Shown piece by piece: positions 18,896 to 30,125 of a DNA stretch of 64,000 nucleotides (within the stretch, counting starts at the first letter, position 1; the number at the start of each line of letters is the position of its first letter). The position numbers and the translations under genes are program-made. Source of the DNA: an uncultured Alphaproteobacteria bacterium (lineage in GTDB: Bacteria > Pseudomonadota > Alphaproteobacteria > Acetobacterales > Acetobacteraceae). The stretch is from the NCBI GenBank assembly GCA_963812075.1, contig CAWETN010000011.1, positions 86,953-150,952 on the forward strand. The letters run 5' to 3'. The notes under the pieces were generated by a model. It was not told where the DNA came from. It saw only the letters and a program-made list of their open reading frames with translations, and made no database searches.

Positions 18896-19703
18896 GCGCA
18901 ACCACCCTGGCCGCCCATGGGCCGGGCATCTGGCCGGGCCGCCGCACGTCACCGGCGACGAGATGGTGGCGGCGATGGATGCGGTCGGCGTGGATGGCGC
19001 ACTGCTGGTCTCACCGTTCAGCCTGTACCAATACGATGCGAGCTACGCGCTCGAGGTACGCAAGGCGCATCCCGACCGGTTCGCGCTGATCAAGCCGGTC
19101 GATCCGAACGATCCGGGCGTCGCCGACACCATCGCCGCCTGGGCCGACACCGACGGGACGGTCGCGGTCCGGATCATGATGCGCGACGGGGTGTCGACCG
19201 ACCCGGCCGACCCGGGGCTCAACCGCGTGCTGGCGGCGGCGGCCGACAACTCGCTGGCGGTGAACCTGGCTTGTTCGGGACGGCTGGCGCAGGTGGGCGA
19301 GCTGGCGGCGCGCAACCCTGACACCACCATGGTGGTCGACCACCTGGGACTGTCGCAACCCCACGTCCCACCCGCGCCATCGCAGCCGTTTGGCGCGCTG
19401 CCGAACCTGCTGACGCTGGCGGCGCACGATAACGTCATGGTGAAGATCTCCGGCGCGTGCACCCTGTCGCACGAACCGTTCCCCTACAAGGACATCTGGG
19501 ACCCGCTGGCGCGCATATTCGACGCATTCGGCTTTGATCGTTGCATGTGGGGCACGGACTGGACGCGAGCGACAGCGCTGCTGACCTATGAGCAGAGCGT
19601 CGAGGCGTTCCGCGTCACCGACCGGCTGTCCGACGGCGACAAGGCGGCGCTGATGGGCGAGACACTGCGCAGTGTCTATGGCTGGTCGCCGGCGAAGCGC
19701 TGA
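18861..19703 (+). CDS. amidohydrolase-2 family protein (metal-dependent TIM-barrel hydrolase)
   Basis: 280 aa. IDCQVHAY (HxH-type), VVDHLG and CMWGTDW match the signature positions of amidohydrolase_2. Confidence 0.75.
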   Translation: MMTIDCQVHAYERNHPGRPWAGHLAGPPHVTGDEMVAAMDAVGVDGALLVSPFSLYQYDASYALEVRKAHPDRFALIKPVDPNDPGVADTIAAWADTDGTVAVRIMMRDGVSTDPADPGLNRVLAAAADNSLAVNLACSGRLAQVGELAARNPDTTMVVDHLGLSQPHVPPAPSQPFGALPNLLTLAAHDNVMVKISGACTLSHEPFPYKDIWDPLARIFDAFGFDRCMWGTDWTRATALLTYEQSVEAFRVTDRLSDGDKAALMGETLRSVYGWSPAKR

Positions 19704-19788
19704 TCCGCTGGGTGTTTTGCCCCAGCGCGCCGGCGTTTGGGCGGGGCAAATCACCCGCGAGGTTTGTTCGATGCGCGGTGGCGATTGG

Positions 19789-19803
19789 AAAACCCCAGGT
19801 TTT
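19789..19803. promoter_or_regulatory. inverted repeat AAAACC-CCA-GGTTTT upstream of the sigma-54 promoter
   Basis: A perfect 6+6 inverted repeat, read directly. It lies ~30 nt upstream of the -24 element, which is closer than typical bEBP UAS sites. Confidence 0.2.
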
Positions 19804-19831
19804 GTCTTGGATTCCGCAAACCTGACGCACT

Positions 19832-19847
19832 TGGCATGGTGTCTGCA
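19832..19847 (+). promoter_or_regulatory. sigma-54 (-24/-12) promoter TGGCATGGTGTCTGCA
   Basis: cTTGGCATGGTGTCTGCAc compared with the consensus YTGGCACGRNNNTTGCW. The GG and GC are separated by exactly 10 nt and only 2 defined positions differ. It lies 57 nt upstream of the ATG at 19904, and a sigma-54 activator gene is 2 kb downstream. Confidence 0.7.
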
Positions 19848-19903
19848 CTGAGGGTTGCTGTCGCGATGCAGCGCGACCCAACCGCTAGGAAGGATTTCCG
19901 CAT

Positions 19904-20194
19904 ATGACCAAGTTCCTCGTTCGCACCGCTCTCTTCGCCACCGTGGCCCTGCCGCTGGCGGCCGCCAATGCCGCACCGACGATGTCGCTCGCCGGCAAGG
20001 CGATCTCCGGCGCCACGTCGGTCCAGAGCGTGCGGCAGAACAACGAAGCGCCACGCCAGGAGGACCGCCGCGCCAACCGTCGCGAGGACCGCCGCGCGTC
20101 GCTGCAGACCGGTGGCTTCGACGCCTCCGGCGTGGTCCTGGTCCGCGGACGCCAGGCGGAAGGGGAGAAGCCGCGCGGTCACGATCCGCGCTGA
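19904..20194 (+). CDS. small secreted protein, Arg/Asp/Glu-rich with an internal 8-aa repeat
   Basis: 96 aa. The signal peptide is MTKFLVRTALFATVALPLAAANA/AP. The repeat is EDRRANRR-EDRRASLQ, encoded by a direct DNA repeat GAGGACCGCCGCGC x2. AGGAAGGA SD. Confidence 0.6.
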   Translation: MTKFLVRTALFATVALPLAAANAAPTMSLAGKAISGATSVQSVRQNNEAPRQEDRRANRREDRRASLQTGGFDASGVVLVRGRQAEGEKPRGHDPR

Positions 20195-20284
20195 CAAGAC
20201 ACGGCGACACGCGGGCCGCGGCATAGCCTCGCTGTGCAAATCGCGGCCTGCGTGATACCGGAAGAACGACAGACGAACCTCAGG

Positions 20285-20324
20285 CGGCCGGTGACAATTG
20301 ATTTGCCAGCGGCCGGCTTTTTTG
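20285..20324 (+). terminator. putative intrinsic terminator (short GC stem plus T6)
   Basis: GCCGG (20287-20291) pairs with CCGGC (20313-20317), directly followed by TTTTTT (20318-20323). The loop is long (~21 nt), so the hairpin is weak. Confidence 0.35.
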
Positions 20325-20437
20325 TTACGGATGTGCAGTTGAACTTGGCCGTGACGCACCGTTGCCGGACTTCTTCATGCCCGCGGGACGGTCGCCGCGG
20401 ACCTGGAACCGGGCGCTCCTTCGACCCCCGGCCTTGA

Positions 20438-21783
20438 ATGGGCATCATGGACCGCACCCGTTTCAATCTCCGCGTTTGGTTTGCCGTCACCGGCTTCACC
20501 GTGATCGCGCTGCTGACCGCGGCGTTCGCCATGGCGATGAACAGCTTCCTGACCACCACGATGCTGGACCGCGAGGTTGCGGTCACGCAGGAGTTCCTGC
20601 AGAGCATCCTCGCCACCGAGGGCTACGGCGAGCGCGGGTTTACCAATCCCAGCGTCAGTCAGGACGAGACGTTCACTGAACTGGCCGACCACATCCGCTC
20701 GATGCCGGAAGTCCTGCGGGCAAATCTGTACAACGCGGATGGGCACATCGTCTGGTCGACCGACCGGGCGCTGATCGGCCAGCGTTTCGAAAACAACCCC
20801 GAGCTCGACGAAGCGATGGAGGGCCGCCTTGTCAGCGAGGTCGGCCGGCTGGACGGCAACGAGAAGCCGGAGCACGTCGCGCTCGCCGCCGGCGTCACCG
20901 GGCACTTCATCGAGGCGTATATGCCGATGTGGCGCGGCACCAAGGTGATCGGGGTGGTCGAGCTGTACAAGGTGCCGACCGCGCTCGAGGTGGGCATCGC
21001 CCGCGGGCATCGCATCATCGAGGCGTCCGCCGCGGTCGCCGGACTGGTGCTGTTCGGCACGCTCTACTGGATCGTCCGGCGCGGCGCGCAGCAGATCCAG
21101 CGGCAGCAGACCGAGTTGGGCCGCATGGAAGGGCTCGCGGCCGTGGGCCAGATGGCGAGCGCCATTGCGCACAGCCTGCGCAACCCGCTGTCCGGCATCC
21201 GCAGCTCGGCCGAGCTGCTGCGGCTCGAGCACCCGTCCACCGACCCGGTGCCGACCGAGATCATCGGCGAGGTCGATCGTCTCGAGGATTATGTGCGCGA
21301 GCTGATGGACTATGCGCGCAATGACGCGGTGTCGCTGCAGCAGGTCGATCCGCTCGACATGGTGCACGGCACGGTCAGCCGCCTGCGCGCCGCGCTGCGG
21401 CGGGCCAAGGTGGAGGTGGCGATCGACGACCAGCGGCGGACCAGGCGGGCGGTCGAGGTGGATCCGCTGATGTTCGTCCAGGCGATGACCAGCATCGTCA
21501 CCAACGCGATCGAGGCCTCGCCCGAGGGCGGCGTGCTGCGCATCGTGCTGTCCGAGCCGGACAGCCGGCACATCGAGATCAGCCTGACCGACAGCGGGTC
21601 CGGCATCCCGAAGGAGCTGCTCGCGCGCATTGCCGAGCCGTTCATCACCACGAAGGCGCATGGGCTGGGTCTTGGCCTCGCGCTGTCGCGCCGCATCGTC
21701 GAGCGGTTCAACGGCACATTGGAGATCTTCAACGCCGAGCAGGGCGGCGCGGTGGTCAGGATCAACCTGAGGTCGGCCCGGGC

Positions 21784-21787
<4 letters not shown>
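20438..21787 (+). CDS. two-component sensor histidine kinase (2 TM segments with a ~170-aa periplasmic domain)
   Basis: 449 aa. The H-box is AHSLRNPLSGIRSSAELL and the N/G boxes are TNAIEAS...DSGSGIP...GLGLGLALSRRIV. TM segments are at about residues 14-35 and 200-220. Confidence 0.85.
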
Positions 21788-23172
<1,385 letters not shown>

Positions 23173-23185
23173 TCCGGGGCGCTTC

Positions 23186-24143
23186 ATGGCGGACCGGGGC
23201 GTGGCGCGCGGTGGCGTTCGCGGCGCTCTGTGTGGGCGGTGCCGACGCCCAGGTGTTCGAGCCCGCCGATCGCGGTGCCGACCTGGGACGGATCGATCGG
23301 CCGTACACGCCGACCACGCCGCAGACCCCGCAGACCGCCGGCACGTCGCAGGATTTCCGCCTGGTGGTCACGCTGCCCGCCTACGGCACCAACAACGCGA
23401 TCGGCTCCGCGGCGGATGCGGCCTCCACCGACCGGACACAGCTGCCGGATGGCCACGTCACGCCCGATGTGCTGCTGCGCTGGGTGCACCAGTTCTCGTT
23501 CGTTAAGCTTTCGGCGAGCCTGGATGCCAGCGTCGATCGCTTCTTCATCCACAGCGACCAGGACAGCAATTCGCTCTATGCCAGCTTCAAGGCGGCGTGG
23601 ACCGACGGGTCGTCCGACCTGTTCGTGCCCTACGTCGCATACAATGGCACGCTCGACTTCGGCCCCGGCCTCGGCGAGTGGAACGACACGCTGTACAGCT
23701 TCCTGCTGGGCTTCTCCTCCGGCGTGGGCCTCGGCGCCGGCGGGCGCGTCATCCGGTTCCGCGACGCGGTCAACCCCGGGGACTGGTCGGTCAGCCTGGA
23801 CACCGCGATCGGCAAGCGGCTGGCCAATCCGTCGAGCTTCGCCAACCAGTTCGCCATCGCCTCGGTGGACGTGGTCTACAACGTGAGCACCACGCTGCGG
23901 TTCGGGGTGACGCCGTCGGTCCGCTGGCGCTACTACAACGACTACTTCGGTGCGCCGCGGCGCGACTTCCGCTTCGTGGGATATGCGCGGGCCGAGTGGA
24001 ACCCGGACTGGCTGACCCGGATCAATCCCGACGCCGAGTTGCAGTTCGGCGTTTCGTTCCTGCGCAACCAGTCGACGCTGCGGAGCGCGAACTACAGCCA
24101 GTGGGAAGGCGGCCCCTCGGTGTCGCTCAGCTGGCGCTTCTGA
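23186..24143 (+). CDS. outer-membrane beta-barrel protein (start uncertain)
   Basis: This is the tail of track ORF 22842..24143. The signal-like segment is WRAVAFAALCVGGADA/QV. Alternating-hydrophobic strands run to the C-terminal ...SVSLSWRF (terminal Phe). The ATG at 23186 is in another frame, so either a frame change near 23205 or a non-ATG start is needed. Confidence 0.6.
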
Positions 24144-24933
24144 CCCCCCAGTCGATGGCGTTGCGCAGCAGCCGGGTGAACGCCGGGCTCTCCCAGGCGC
24201 CGTGGAAGACGGCGGCAGTTCCATCGTCTTGCCGGCCGGCGCGCACCGCCGGGCTGTGGCAGTGGCCCAATGCGATGTAGGTCACGCCGCCCCTGCCCAC
24301 GTCGCGCGTGTAGCCCAGGACGTGGGTCCTGCCGTCGGACAGCAGCGAGGTGTCCGACGGATACAGCGTGCCGATGCTCGGAGACACCGCGTCCGGACCG
24401 TACTCGGCGGTCAGCAGGATCCGCGTCGAACCCGGGTCCTGGAGTTCAACGAAATAGGGTTCGTCGTCCACCTCGAACGCCGAGCCGAGGCCGTGCGTGA
24501 GCGGGTGGTCGGTGTCGCGCACGTCCACCCGGATGTGGCGGATCGGCGGATGGGTCAGGAAGTAGCCGCCCAGCAGCGCGTGGTGCTCGGTCTTCACCGT
24601 GCGGCGCTGGCGGAAGCCCTCGACCCGTTCGGCACGCCCGCCGCTGGTGCCGTGCAGCCCGAGCCAGTGCCCGCCCGCCTCGAGCCACTGCCGGAGGGCC
24701 TGGGTCTGCCCTGCATCGGGATAGGGGCCGGCGACGTAGGTGATCAGCAGCCGGCTGACCGGCAGCCATTTCTCCAGGTCGGCGAAGTCGCCGGCGACCG
24801 AGGCAGGGACCTGCTGCTCTGCCAGCAGGCCCAGCAGCCGCAGGCGGGCATAGTCGTGGTCGTGGCCCGCGGCCGAGCCGGGCGGGAAGCCGCCGGCGAT
24901 CAGGTGGGCACGCGCCGGTCCGGTGTCTGGCAT
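24127..24933 (-). CDS. ThuA-domain (trehalose-utilisation-like) protein
   Basis: Track ORF 24127..24996 trimmed to MPDTGPARAHLIAGGFPPGSAAGHDHDYARLRLL. HWLGLHG... and DEPYFVEL fit the ThuA family. Confidence 0.65.
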   Translation of the reverse strand: MPDTGPARAHLIAGGFPPGSAAGHDHDYARLRLLGLLAEQQVPASVAGDFADLEKWLPVSRLLITYVAGPYPDAGQTQALRQWLEAGGHWLGLHGTSGGRAERVEGFRQRRTVKTEHHALLGGYFLTHPPIRHIRVDVRDTDHPLTHGLGSAFEVDDEPYFVELQDPGSTRILLTAEYGPDAVSPSIGTLYPSDTSLLSDGRTHVLGYTRDVGRGGVTYIALGHCHSPAVRAGRQDDGTAAVFHGAWESPAFTRLLRNAIDWGVRSAS

Positions 24934-24949
24934 GGGGTCCTCCGCTTGT

Positions 24950-25876
24950 TCATGTCGCCGCCAGCAGCCGCCTGGCCTCGGCGGCGTCGGCGGCAATCTG
25001 GGCCTTCAGCGCGTCGAGCCCGGAAAAGCGGCGCTCTTCGCGGATATAGGCGTGCAGCGCCACCGACAGCTCTGCGTCGTAGATGTCGGCGTCGAAGTCG
25101 AAGATGTTGGCCTCCAGTCGGCTCTCGGGCCCTTCGTTCACCGTCGGACGGCGGCCGATATTAGCCACCCCCCGGCGCCAATCGCCGTCCGGCAGCCGCA
25201 CCGTCACCGCGTAGACGCCGCGCGCCGGCTCGAGGTGGCGGCCCAGCGCGATGTTGGCGGTGGGAAAGCCGATGGTGCGACCGCGCGCGTCGCCGTGCGC
25301 CACCGTGCCGCGGATGGTCCAGGGGCGGCCGAGATCGGCGGTGGCACGCTCCGGATAGCCGTCCTGCAGCACGCGGCGGATGCGCGTGGCCGAGATCGGG
25401 CCTGCGCCGTCGGCCAGCAGCGGCACCAGGGTCAGCCCCATGCCCAGCGCCTCGGCGCGGCGCGCCAGGAAGTCGGTGCCGCCGCCGCGGCGCCGGCCGA
25501 ACGCGAAGTCGGGGCCGCACACCAGGTGCCGCGCGCCAAGTCCCTGGTGCAGCACCGCCTCGACGAAGCTCTCCGCCTCCATGTGGCTGAACGCGTGGTC
25601 GAACGGCATCTCGTAGATCAGCGTGACCCCGAGCGCCGCGAGCGCCGCCGCCCGCTCGGCGGACAGGGTCAGGCGGAACGGTGGGTCGTCGGGGCGGAAG
25701 TGCTCGCGCGGGTGCGGCTCGAAGGTGAGCACCGCCAGCGGCACCTTGGGCCGCGCCGCATGTGCCGCCTTGATCACCTCGGCGTGGCCACGGTGCACGC
25801 CGTCGAAGTTGCCCAGCGCCACCGTGGCGCCGCGGGCGTCGGGCGGCAGGTCCCGCCAGTCGTGGAAGATCCGCAT
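24950..25876 (-). CDS. ribF: bifunctional riboflavin kinase / FMN adenylyltransferase
   Basis: This is the C-terminal 308 aa of track ORF 24950..26881. MRIFHDWRDL...VALGNFDGVHRGH, GFPTANI, GVYAV and EANIFDFDADIYD are present. Confidence 0.9.
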   Translation of the reverse strand: MRIFHDWRDLPPDARGATVALGNFDGVHRGHAEVIKAAHAARPKVPLAVLTFEPHPREHFRPDDPPFRLTLSAERAAALAALGVTLIYEMPFDHAFSHMEAESFVEAVLHQGLGARHLVCGPDFAFGRRRGGGTDFLARRAEALGMGLTLVPLLADGAGPISATRIRRVLQDGYPERATADLGRPWTIRGTVAHGDARGRTIGFPTANIALGRHLEPARGVYAVTVRLPDGDWRRGVANIGRRPTVNEGPESRLEANIFDFDADIYDAELSVALHAYIREERRFSGLDALKAQIAADAAEARRLLAAT

Positions 25877-26298
25877 CAGCCGCGCGAGGGAACCTGGACG
25901 TAGGCCTCGCCGTCGATCACCACCTCGCCCCGCACCGTGCAGACGGTGCTGAGCGTGGCGCGCTTCTTCTCGGCGTTGAGCGCGGTGACGGTGACGGTGG
26001 CGGTGACCGTGTCGCCGATCTTCACCGGTGCGGCGAAACGCAGCGACTGGCGCATGTAGAGCGAGCCGGGGCCAGGCAGCCGCGTGCCCAGCACGGCGCT
26101 GATCAGCCCGGCGGACAGCATGCCGTGAGCAATGCGCTCGCCGAAGATCGAGGCCTTCGCCGCTTCGGCGTCGAGGTGGATCGGGTTGGTGTCGGTGGAG
26201 ACCGCCGCGTACATCAGTATGTCGGCCTCGCTGATGGTCTTGCCGAGGCTGGCGGTCTGGCCGACCTGGAGGTCCTCGAAGAAGGTGCCGTGCGGCAT
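25876..26298 (-). CDS. MaoC-like (R)-hydratase hotdog-fold protein
   Basis: 140 aa. FAAVSTDTNPIHLD-type motif (YAAVSTDTNPIHLDAEAA), IAHGML. ATGA overlap with ribF. Confidence 0.85.
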   Translation of the reverse strand: MPHGTFFEDLQVGQTASLGKTISEADILMYAAVSTDTNPIHLDAEAAKASIFGERIAHGMLSAGLISAVLGTRLPGPGSLYMRQSLRFAAPVKIGDTVTATVTVTALNAEKKRATLSTVCTVRGEVVIDGEAYVQVPSRG

Positions 26299-26454
26299 CG
26301 CGACTGTCCCGCCCTGTGTGTGCGGGCTTTCTGGGCGAAGGCGGCAGGCAAATCAACCGAGGGGCACGGCGCGAGATCGGCCGCGCCGAGTGGATCGGTT
26401 CACATCCGATCGTGCGTGCGCCTGCGATGCTGGCCGCACCAGGGAGGAAACGCA

Positions 26455-26974
26455 CATGAGTGCCAGGCTCGAGGACCTGCTGCCGGAGTTCCGCACCAAG
26501 GTCGAGGCCGCGTTGGCGTCGCTGACCGCGGAAGGCCTGGTGTTCCGGCCGTATTTCACACTGCGTGATCCGGTGACCCAGGCCCGGCTGTGGCGGCAGT
26601 CGCGCTCCGGTGCGGTGGTGCGGCAGACGATCGGCCAGCTGCGCGATCAGCGCTGCGACTTCATCGTCGCCTGCTTCGAGCGCGCCGGACCGTCCGACGG
26701 ACCATGGGCGACCAACGCGCTGCCCGGTCAGTCCTGGCACCAGTACGGCGAGGCGGTGGACTGCTTCCTGGAGGATGCGCAGGGCCACGCGGTGTGGGAG
26801 AGCCGGAACTACGCCCGCTTCGGTGCCGTGGGCGACGCCGGCGGCATGTGGTGGGGCGGGCATTTCGGCGACAACGACCACTGGCAGAACCGCCGCACCG
26901 AGCCGCCGGCCGCGTTCGGCTCGTTGAAGGAGATCAATGATCGGCTGGAGCAGGACTGGCCTGATCTGCTGTAG
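26455..26974 (+). CDS. M15-family peptidoglycan peptidase (CwlK/VanY-like)
   Basis: Track ORF 26132..26974 trimmed to the ATG after GGGAGGAA. MSARLEDLLPEFRTKVEA..., SWHQYGEAVD and GGHFGDNDHWQ give an H..D...H zinc-ligand pattern. Confidence 0.7.
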
Positions 26975-27638
26975 CCGATGGGCCGACTCCCGCCGCGTCC
27001 TGCGCCGCTTGCCCCGCGATCATCGCTTCCTCCTCGGCGACGGCGGCCGCCTCGAGGGCGGGGCTGCGCGGATAGGCCAGCACCGCGAGCACCTGCGCCC
27101 GGGTCATCAGGTCGGTGCGGTGTCCCGGGATCGGCCTGCCGTGGCGGTCGCGCGCCTGGAACTCGCCCTCATCGAGGGGGATGGGGGCGGGCGCTGGCTG
27201 GTCCTCGCGAGGCGGCGGTTCGGGGTCCGGACGGGCGACGACCGCGCGCCGCGGACGCGGCTTGGGTGCCGGCTTCACCGGTGCGGCGTCGGACTGGCGC
27301 TTGCGGAGGTAGCGCAATGCCGTGGCATAGGCCCGCCCGGCGGCGAGCGCGCCGCTGCGCAGCCGTACCGCTGCCTCGTCGGAGGTTCCGGGGCGTGCGG
27401 CGCGGGCGAAGCCGTCCATTGCCGCCTGGGCGGCGGCGACCGCAATGGCGGCGAGCTGCGCATCGGCTGCATCGCGCGGATCGAGCGCTTCGAAGAGCTG
27501 CCCGGCCGCGCGCTGGCCTGCTGTGGCGTCGCCCTCGTCATCCTCTGGGACCGTCGCCGCCAAAGCCTGCATCAGGTGCTGCGCAAAGTCGGCGGGCAGT
27601 TGGGCGGCGGGCGCGTAGGCTGAGGCGTCGATGTCCAT
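26934..27638 (-). CDS. hypothetical Ala/Pro/Asp-rich protein
   Basis: Track ORF 26934..27791 trimmed to MDIDASAYAPAAQLPADF, which has a GGGAGGG SD. I recognise no family. Its 3' end overlaps that of the M15 gene (convergent). Confidence 0.45.
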   Translation of the reverse strand: MDIDASAYAPAAQLPADFAQHLMQALAATVPEDDEGDATAGQRAAGQLFEALDPRDAADAQLAAIAVAAAQAAMDGFARAARPGTSDEAAVRLRSGALAAGRAYATALRYLRKRQSDAAPVKPAPKPRPRRAVVARPDPEPPPREDQPAPAPIPLDEGEFQARDRHGRPIPGHRTDLMTRAQVLAVLAYPRSPALEAAAVAEEEAMIAGQAAQDAAGVGPSATADQASPAPADH

Positions 27639-27805
27639 GAGGACCCTCCCGCCGCGGATACGCGCGGCGGCGGAAGCATAGGAACATAACATGAATATCG
27701 GGTTAGCGAGCGACGCGGCGAGGAGCCGCCCGGTTGCCGGCCTACGCAATACCGCCAGATCAAGTGCGATGGTGAAACCAAACATGCACAAACGAGAGGT
27801 GAGGA

Positions 27806-27961
27806 ATGTCGAAGCCAGATGACCTGGGGGAGTGCCGTCGCTGCGTCGAAACAGCGCGCGAGCCAGGCGCCGGTGAAAGGCCGGACGCGCTGGACGGAGT
27901 TCTCAACCAGGAGGCAAAGCCGAAGAAGCTCGTCAGGCCAGACGTAAAATCCGGCCGCTAG
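27806..27961 (+). CDS. possible 51-aa protein
   Basis: Hand translation gives MSKPDDLGECRRCVETAREPGAGERPDALDGVLNQEAKPKKLVRPDVKSGR*. A good SD (GAGGTGAGG) lies 5 nt upstream. It is below the track cutoff. Confidence 0.25.
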   Translation: MSKPDDLGECRRCVETAREPGAGERPDALDGVLNQEAKPKKLVRPDVKSGR

Positions 27962-27967
27962 CAGCTC

Positions 27968-28132
27968 ATGCAGACCATCCTGTTCGTGATCGGCGGCCTG
28001 GTGTCAGTAGGAGCGCTTGCTGGCTTTTTCATCTCGTTCTGGCGTCCAGCACCCAGGGCCGATGAGTCCGCACGTTCGGAATCGCTGGCCGGCAGCGGCA
28101 GCTATACCGACCAAGGGCAAGGGGACGGGTGA
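27968..28132 (+). CDS. possible 54-aa single-TM membrane protein
   Basis: Hand translation gives MQTILFVIGGLVSVGALAGFFISFWRPAPRADESARSESLAGSGSYTDQGQGDG*. It starts 7 nt after the preceding small ORF. Confidence 0.3.
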   Translation: MQTILFVIGGLVSVGALAGFFISFWRPAPRADESARSESLAGSGSYTDQGQGDG

Positions 28133-28235
28133 GAGCGGCTATCTGCGGCCGGGGCGTGCCCGGAATCAACGCAGGGAAGCGCCAGCGCAACGCCGCCGGC
28201 GGACGGATCGAAGTCATGATCCCTGTGCAGAGGGA

Positions 28236-29033
28236 TCAGATGTCGCGCACGAACTTCGCCTTCTCCGCTGCGGCGGCGAGCAGGAAGGAGAGGTCGGTGC
28301 CGGTGGACACGTAGCGCGCGCCCTGCCGCACGTACTCCGCCATCAGGTCGGGCCGCGAGGCCAGTCCGCCGACGCCGACATGCTTGCCGTGCCGGCGGCA
28401 CGCGGCGATGGTGCGCAGGTAGGCATCGCGCACATTGGCGTGGTCGAACTGCCCGGTGATGCCCATCTCGTTGCACAGGTCGGTGGTGCCGATCAGCATC
28501 ATGTCGACGCCGTCCACCGCGGCGATCTCCTCGACATGCTCCAGCGCCGCGACGGTCTCCATCATCACCACCACCATCGTCGCATCGTTCATCGCCTGGT
28601 TGACCACGGCGGAGGGGAAGCTGCGGTAGTGGTAGTGCGGCAGTGCGCCGCCGGCGCCGCGTTCGCCCTGCGGCGTGAACTTGGCGTGGCGCACCACCTC
28701 GCGGGCCTCCTCCGCCGACCGCACATGGGGCGCGATCACTCCCATCGCGCCGCCGTCGAGCAGCCGGCAGATGAATTCCGGCGTGTTGGCCGGCACGCGC
28801 ACCAGCGGCGTTATGCCGCACTGCATCGCCGCGATGCAGATCTGGCAGACGGCGTCGATCGACAGCGTGTTGTGCTCGACATCGACGTAGATCGTGTCGA
28901 AGCCGGCGGTGGCGGCGATGCGGGCGATCTCGATCGAGCGGCACAGCCGCACCGTCATCGACGCCACCACCTCGTCGCGCGCCAACTTCTCCTTCACACG
29001 GTTGCGCAGGATGTCGCGCAGATCGTCGGCCAT
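28236..29033 (-). CDS. HpcH/HpaI-family aldolase
   Basis: This is the C-terminal 265 aa of track ORF 28236..30041. MADDLRDILRNRVKEKLARDE..., FDTIYVDVEHN, VRVP and MMETVAAL..VDMMLIGTTDL match the family pattern. GGAGGA SD. Confidence 0.85.
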   Translation of the reverse strand: MADDLRDILRNRVKEKLARDEVVASMTVRLCRSIEIARIAATAGFDTIYVDVEHNTLSIDAVCQICIAAMQCGITPLVRVPANTPEFICRLLDGGAMGVIAPHVRSAEEAREVVRHAKFTPQGERGAGGALPHYHYRSFPSAVVNQAMNDATMVVVMMETVAALEHVEEIAAVDGVDMMLIGTTDLCNEMGITGQFDHANVRDAYLRTIAACRRHGKHVGVGGLASRPDLMAEYVRQGARYVSTGTDLSFLLAAAAEKAKFVRDI

Positions 29034-29144
29034 GGTGTCCTCCCCCGAATGGCGGCCATTGTTGCCCGCCGGATGTGCGGGCCTCAAGATACCCCACCTT
29101 CTCCCCCGCCTCGCAGGGAGGGAGTTCGAAGAGGACGCTGCCGC

Positions 29145-30125
29145 ATGACACACGAGATCGCCTTCCTGGATGTGATCGACGCCAAAATGCAGGCGGAGAT
29201 CCGCTCGCAGCTGCCGCCCGGCTTCGCGATCCAGTTCGGCGAGACCGGCGACCGCGGCGAGCACATGCGGATGGTTGCCGACGCCGACTTCATCCTTACC
29301 GCGGTTGCGGTGGACGCCGAAATGATCCGGTCGGCGCCGAAGCTGAAGCTGCTGCACAAATGGGGCATCGGGGTCGACAAGTTCGACCTGGACGCGGCGC
29401 GCGCGGCACGCGTCCCGGTGGCAATCACCGCCGGCGCCAACGCCGGCCCGGTGTCGGAGCACACCGTGATGCTGATGCTCGCCACCTACCGCCGCCTGGC
29501 ACAGTGTGACCGCAAGCTGCGCGAGGGCCAGTGGATCCGCCCGCAGATCCGCGGCCTGGCCTACCAGCTTTCCGGCAAGACCGTCGGGCTGCTGGGCTTC
29601 GGCAATGTCGGGCGTATGGTGGCGCATCGCCTCGCCGGCTTCGACGTGACGGTGATCTACTACGACATCCGCCGCGCCGATCGTGCCACCGAGAAGTCGC
29701 TGCGTGCCACGCCGGTGACGCTGGAAGAGCTGCTGGAGCGCAGCGACGTCGTCTCGCTGCATGTGCCGCTGACCAAGGTCACGCGCGGCATCATCGGCGC
29801 CGAGACGTTGTCGCGGATGAAGCCCGGCGCCATCCTGATCAACGCCGCGCGCGGCGAAGTCGTCGACGAGCCCGCGGTGTACGATGCGCTGGTCAGCGGC
29901 CGGTTGCGCGGCGCCGGGCTCGACGTGTTCGCCAAGGAACCGGCCGACCCGGACAATCCGCTGTTCAGGCTCGACCAGGTGGTGGTGACGCCGCACACTG
30001 CCGGCAGCGCCATCGACCTGGTCGCCGACATCGCGCGCCACGCCTTCGGCAACATGCAGGCGGTACTGAACGGCGAACCGCTGTCGCCCAATGACGTGAT
30101 CGTTGCAGCCGGGGAGAACAGGTGA
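29145..30125 (+). CDS. D-isomer-specific 2-hydroxyacid dehydrogenase (NAD-binding)
   Basis: This is the C-terminal 326 aa of track ORF 28017..30125. GKTVGLLGFGNVGRMVAHRL, LINAARGEVVDE and TPHTAG are present. Confidence 0.85.
   Translation: MTHEIAFLDVIDAKMQAEIRSQLPPGFAIQFGETGDRGEHMRMVADADFILTAVAVDAEMIRSAPKLKLLHKWGIGVDKFDLDAARAARVPVAITAGANAGPVSEHTVMLMLATYRRLAQCDRKLREGQWIRPQIRGLAYQLSGKTVGLLGFGNVGRMVAHRLAGFDVTVIYYDIRRADRATEKSLRATPVTLEELLERSDVVSLHVPLTKVTRGIIGAETLSRMKPGAILINAARGEVVDEPAVYDALVSGRLRGAGLDVFAKEPADPDNPLFRLDQVVVTPHTAGSAIDLVADIARHAFGNMQAVLNGEPLSPNDVIVAAGENR

Noticed and set aside
20338-20375. TTGGCC...TTGCC upstream of the histidine kinase as a second sigma-54 promoter
   Set aside because: The spacing between GG and GC is about 15 nt, which is incompatible with -24/-12 geometry.
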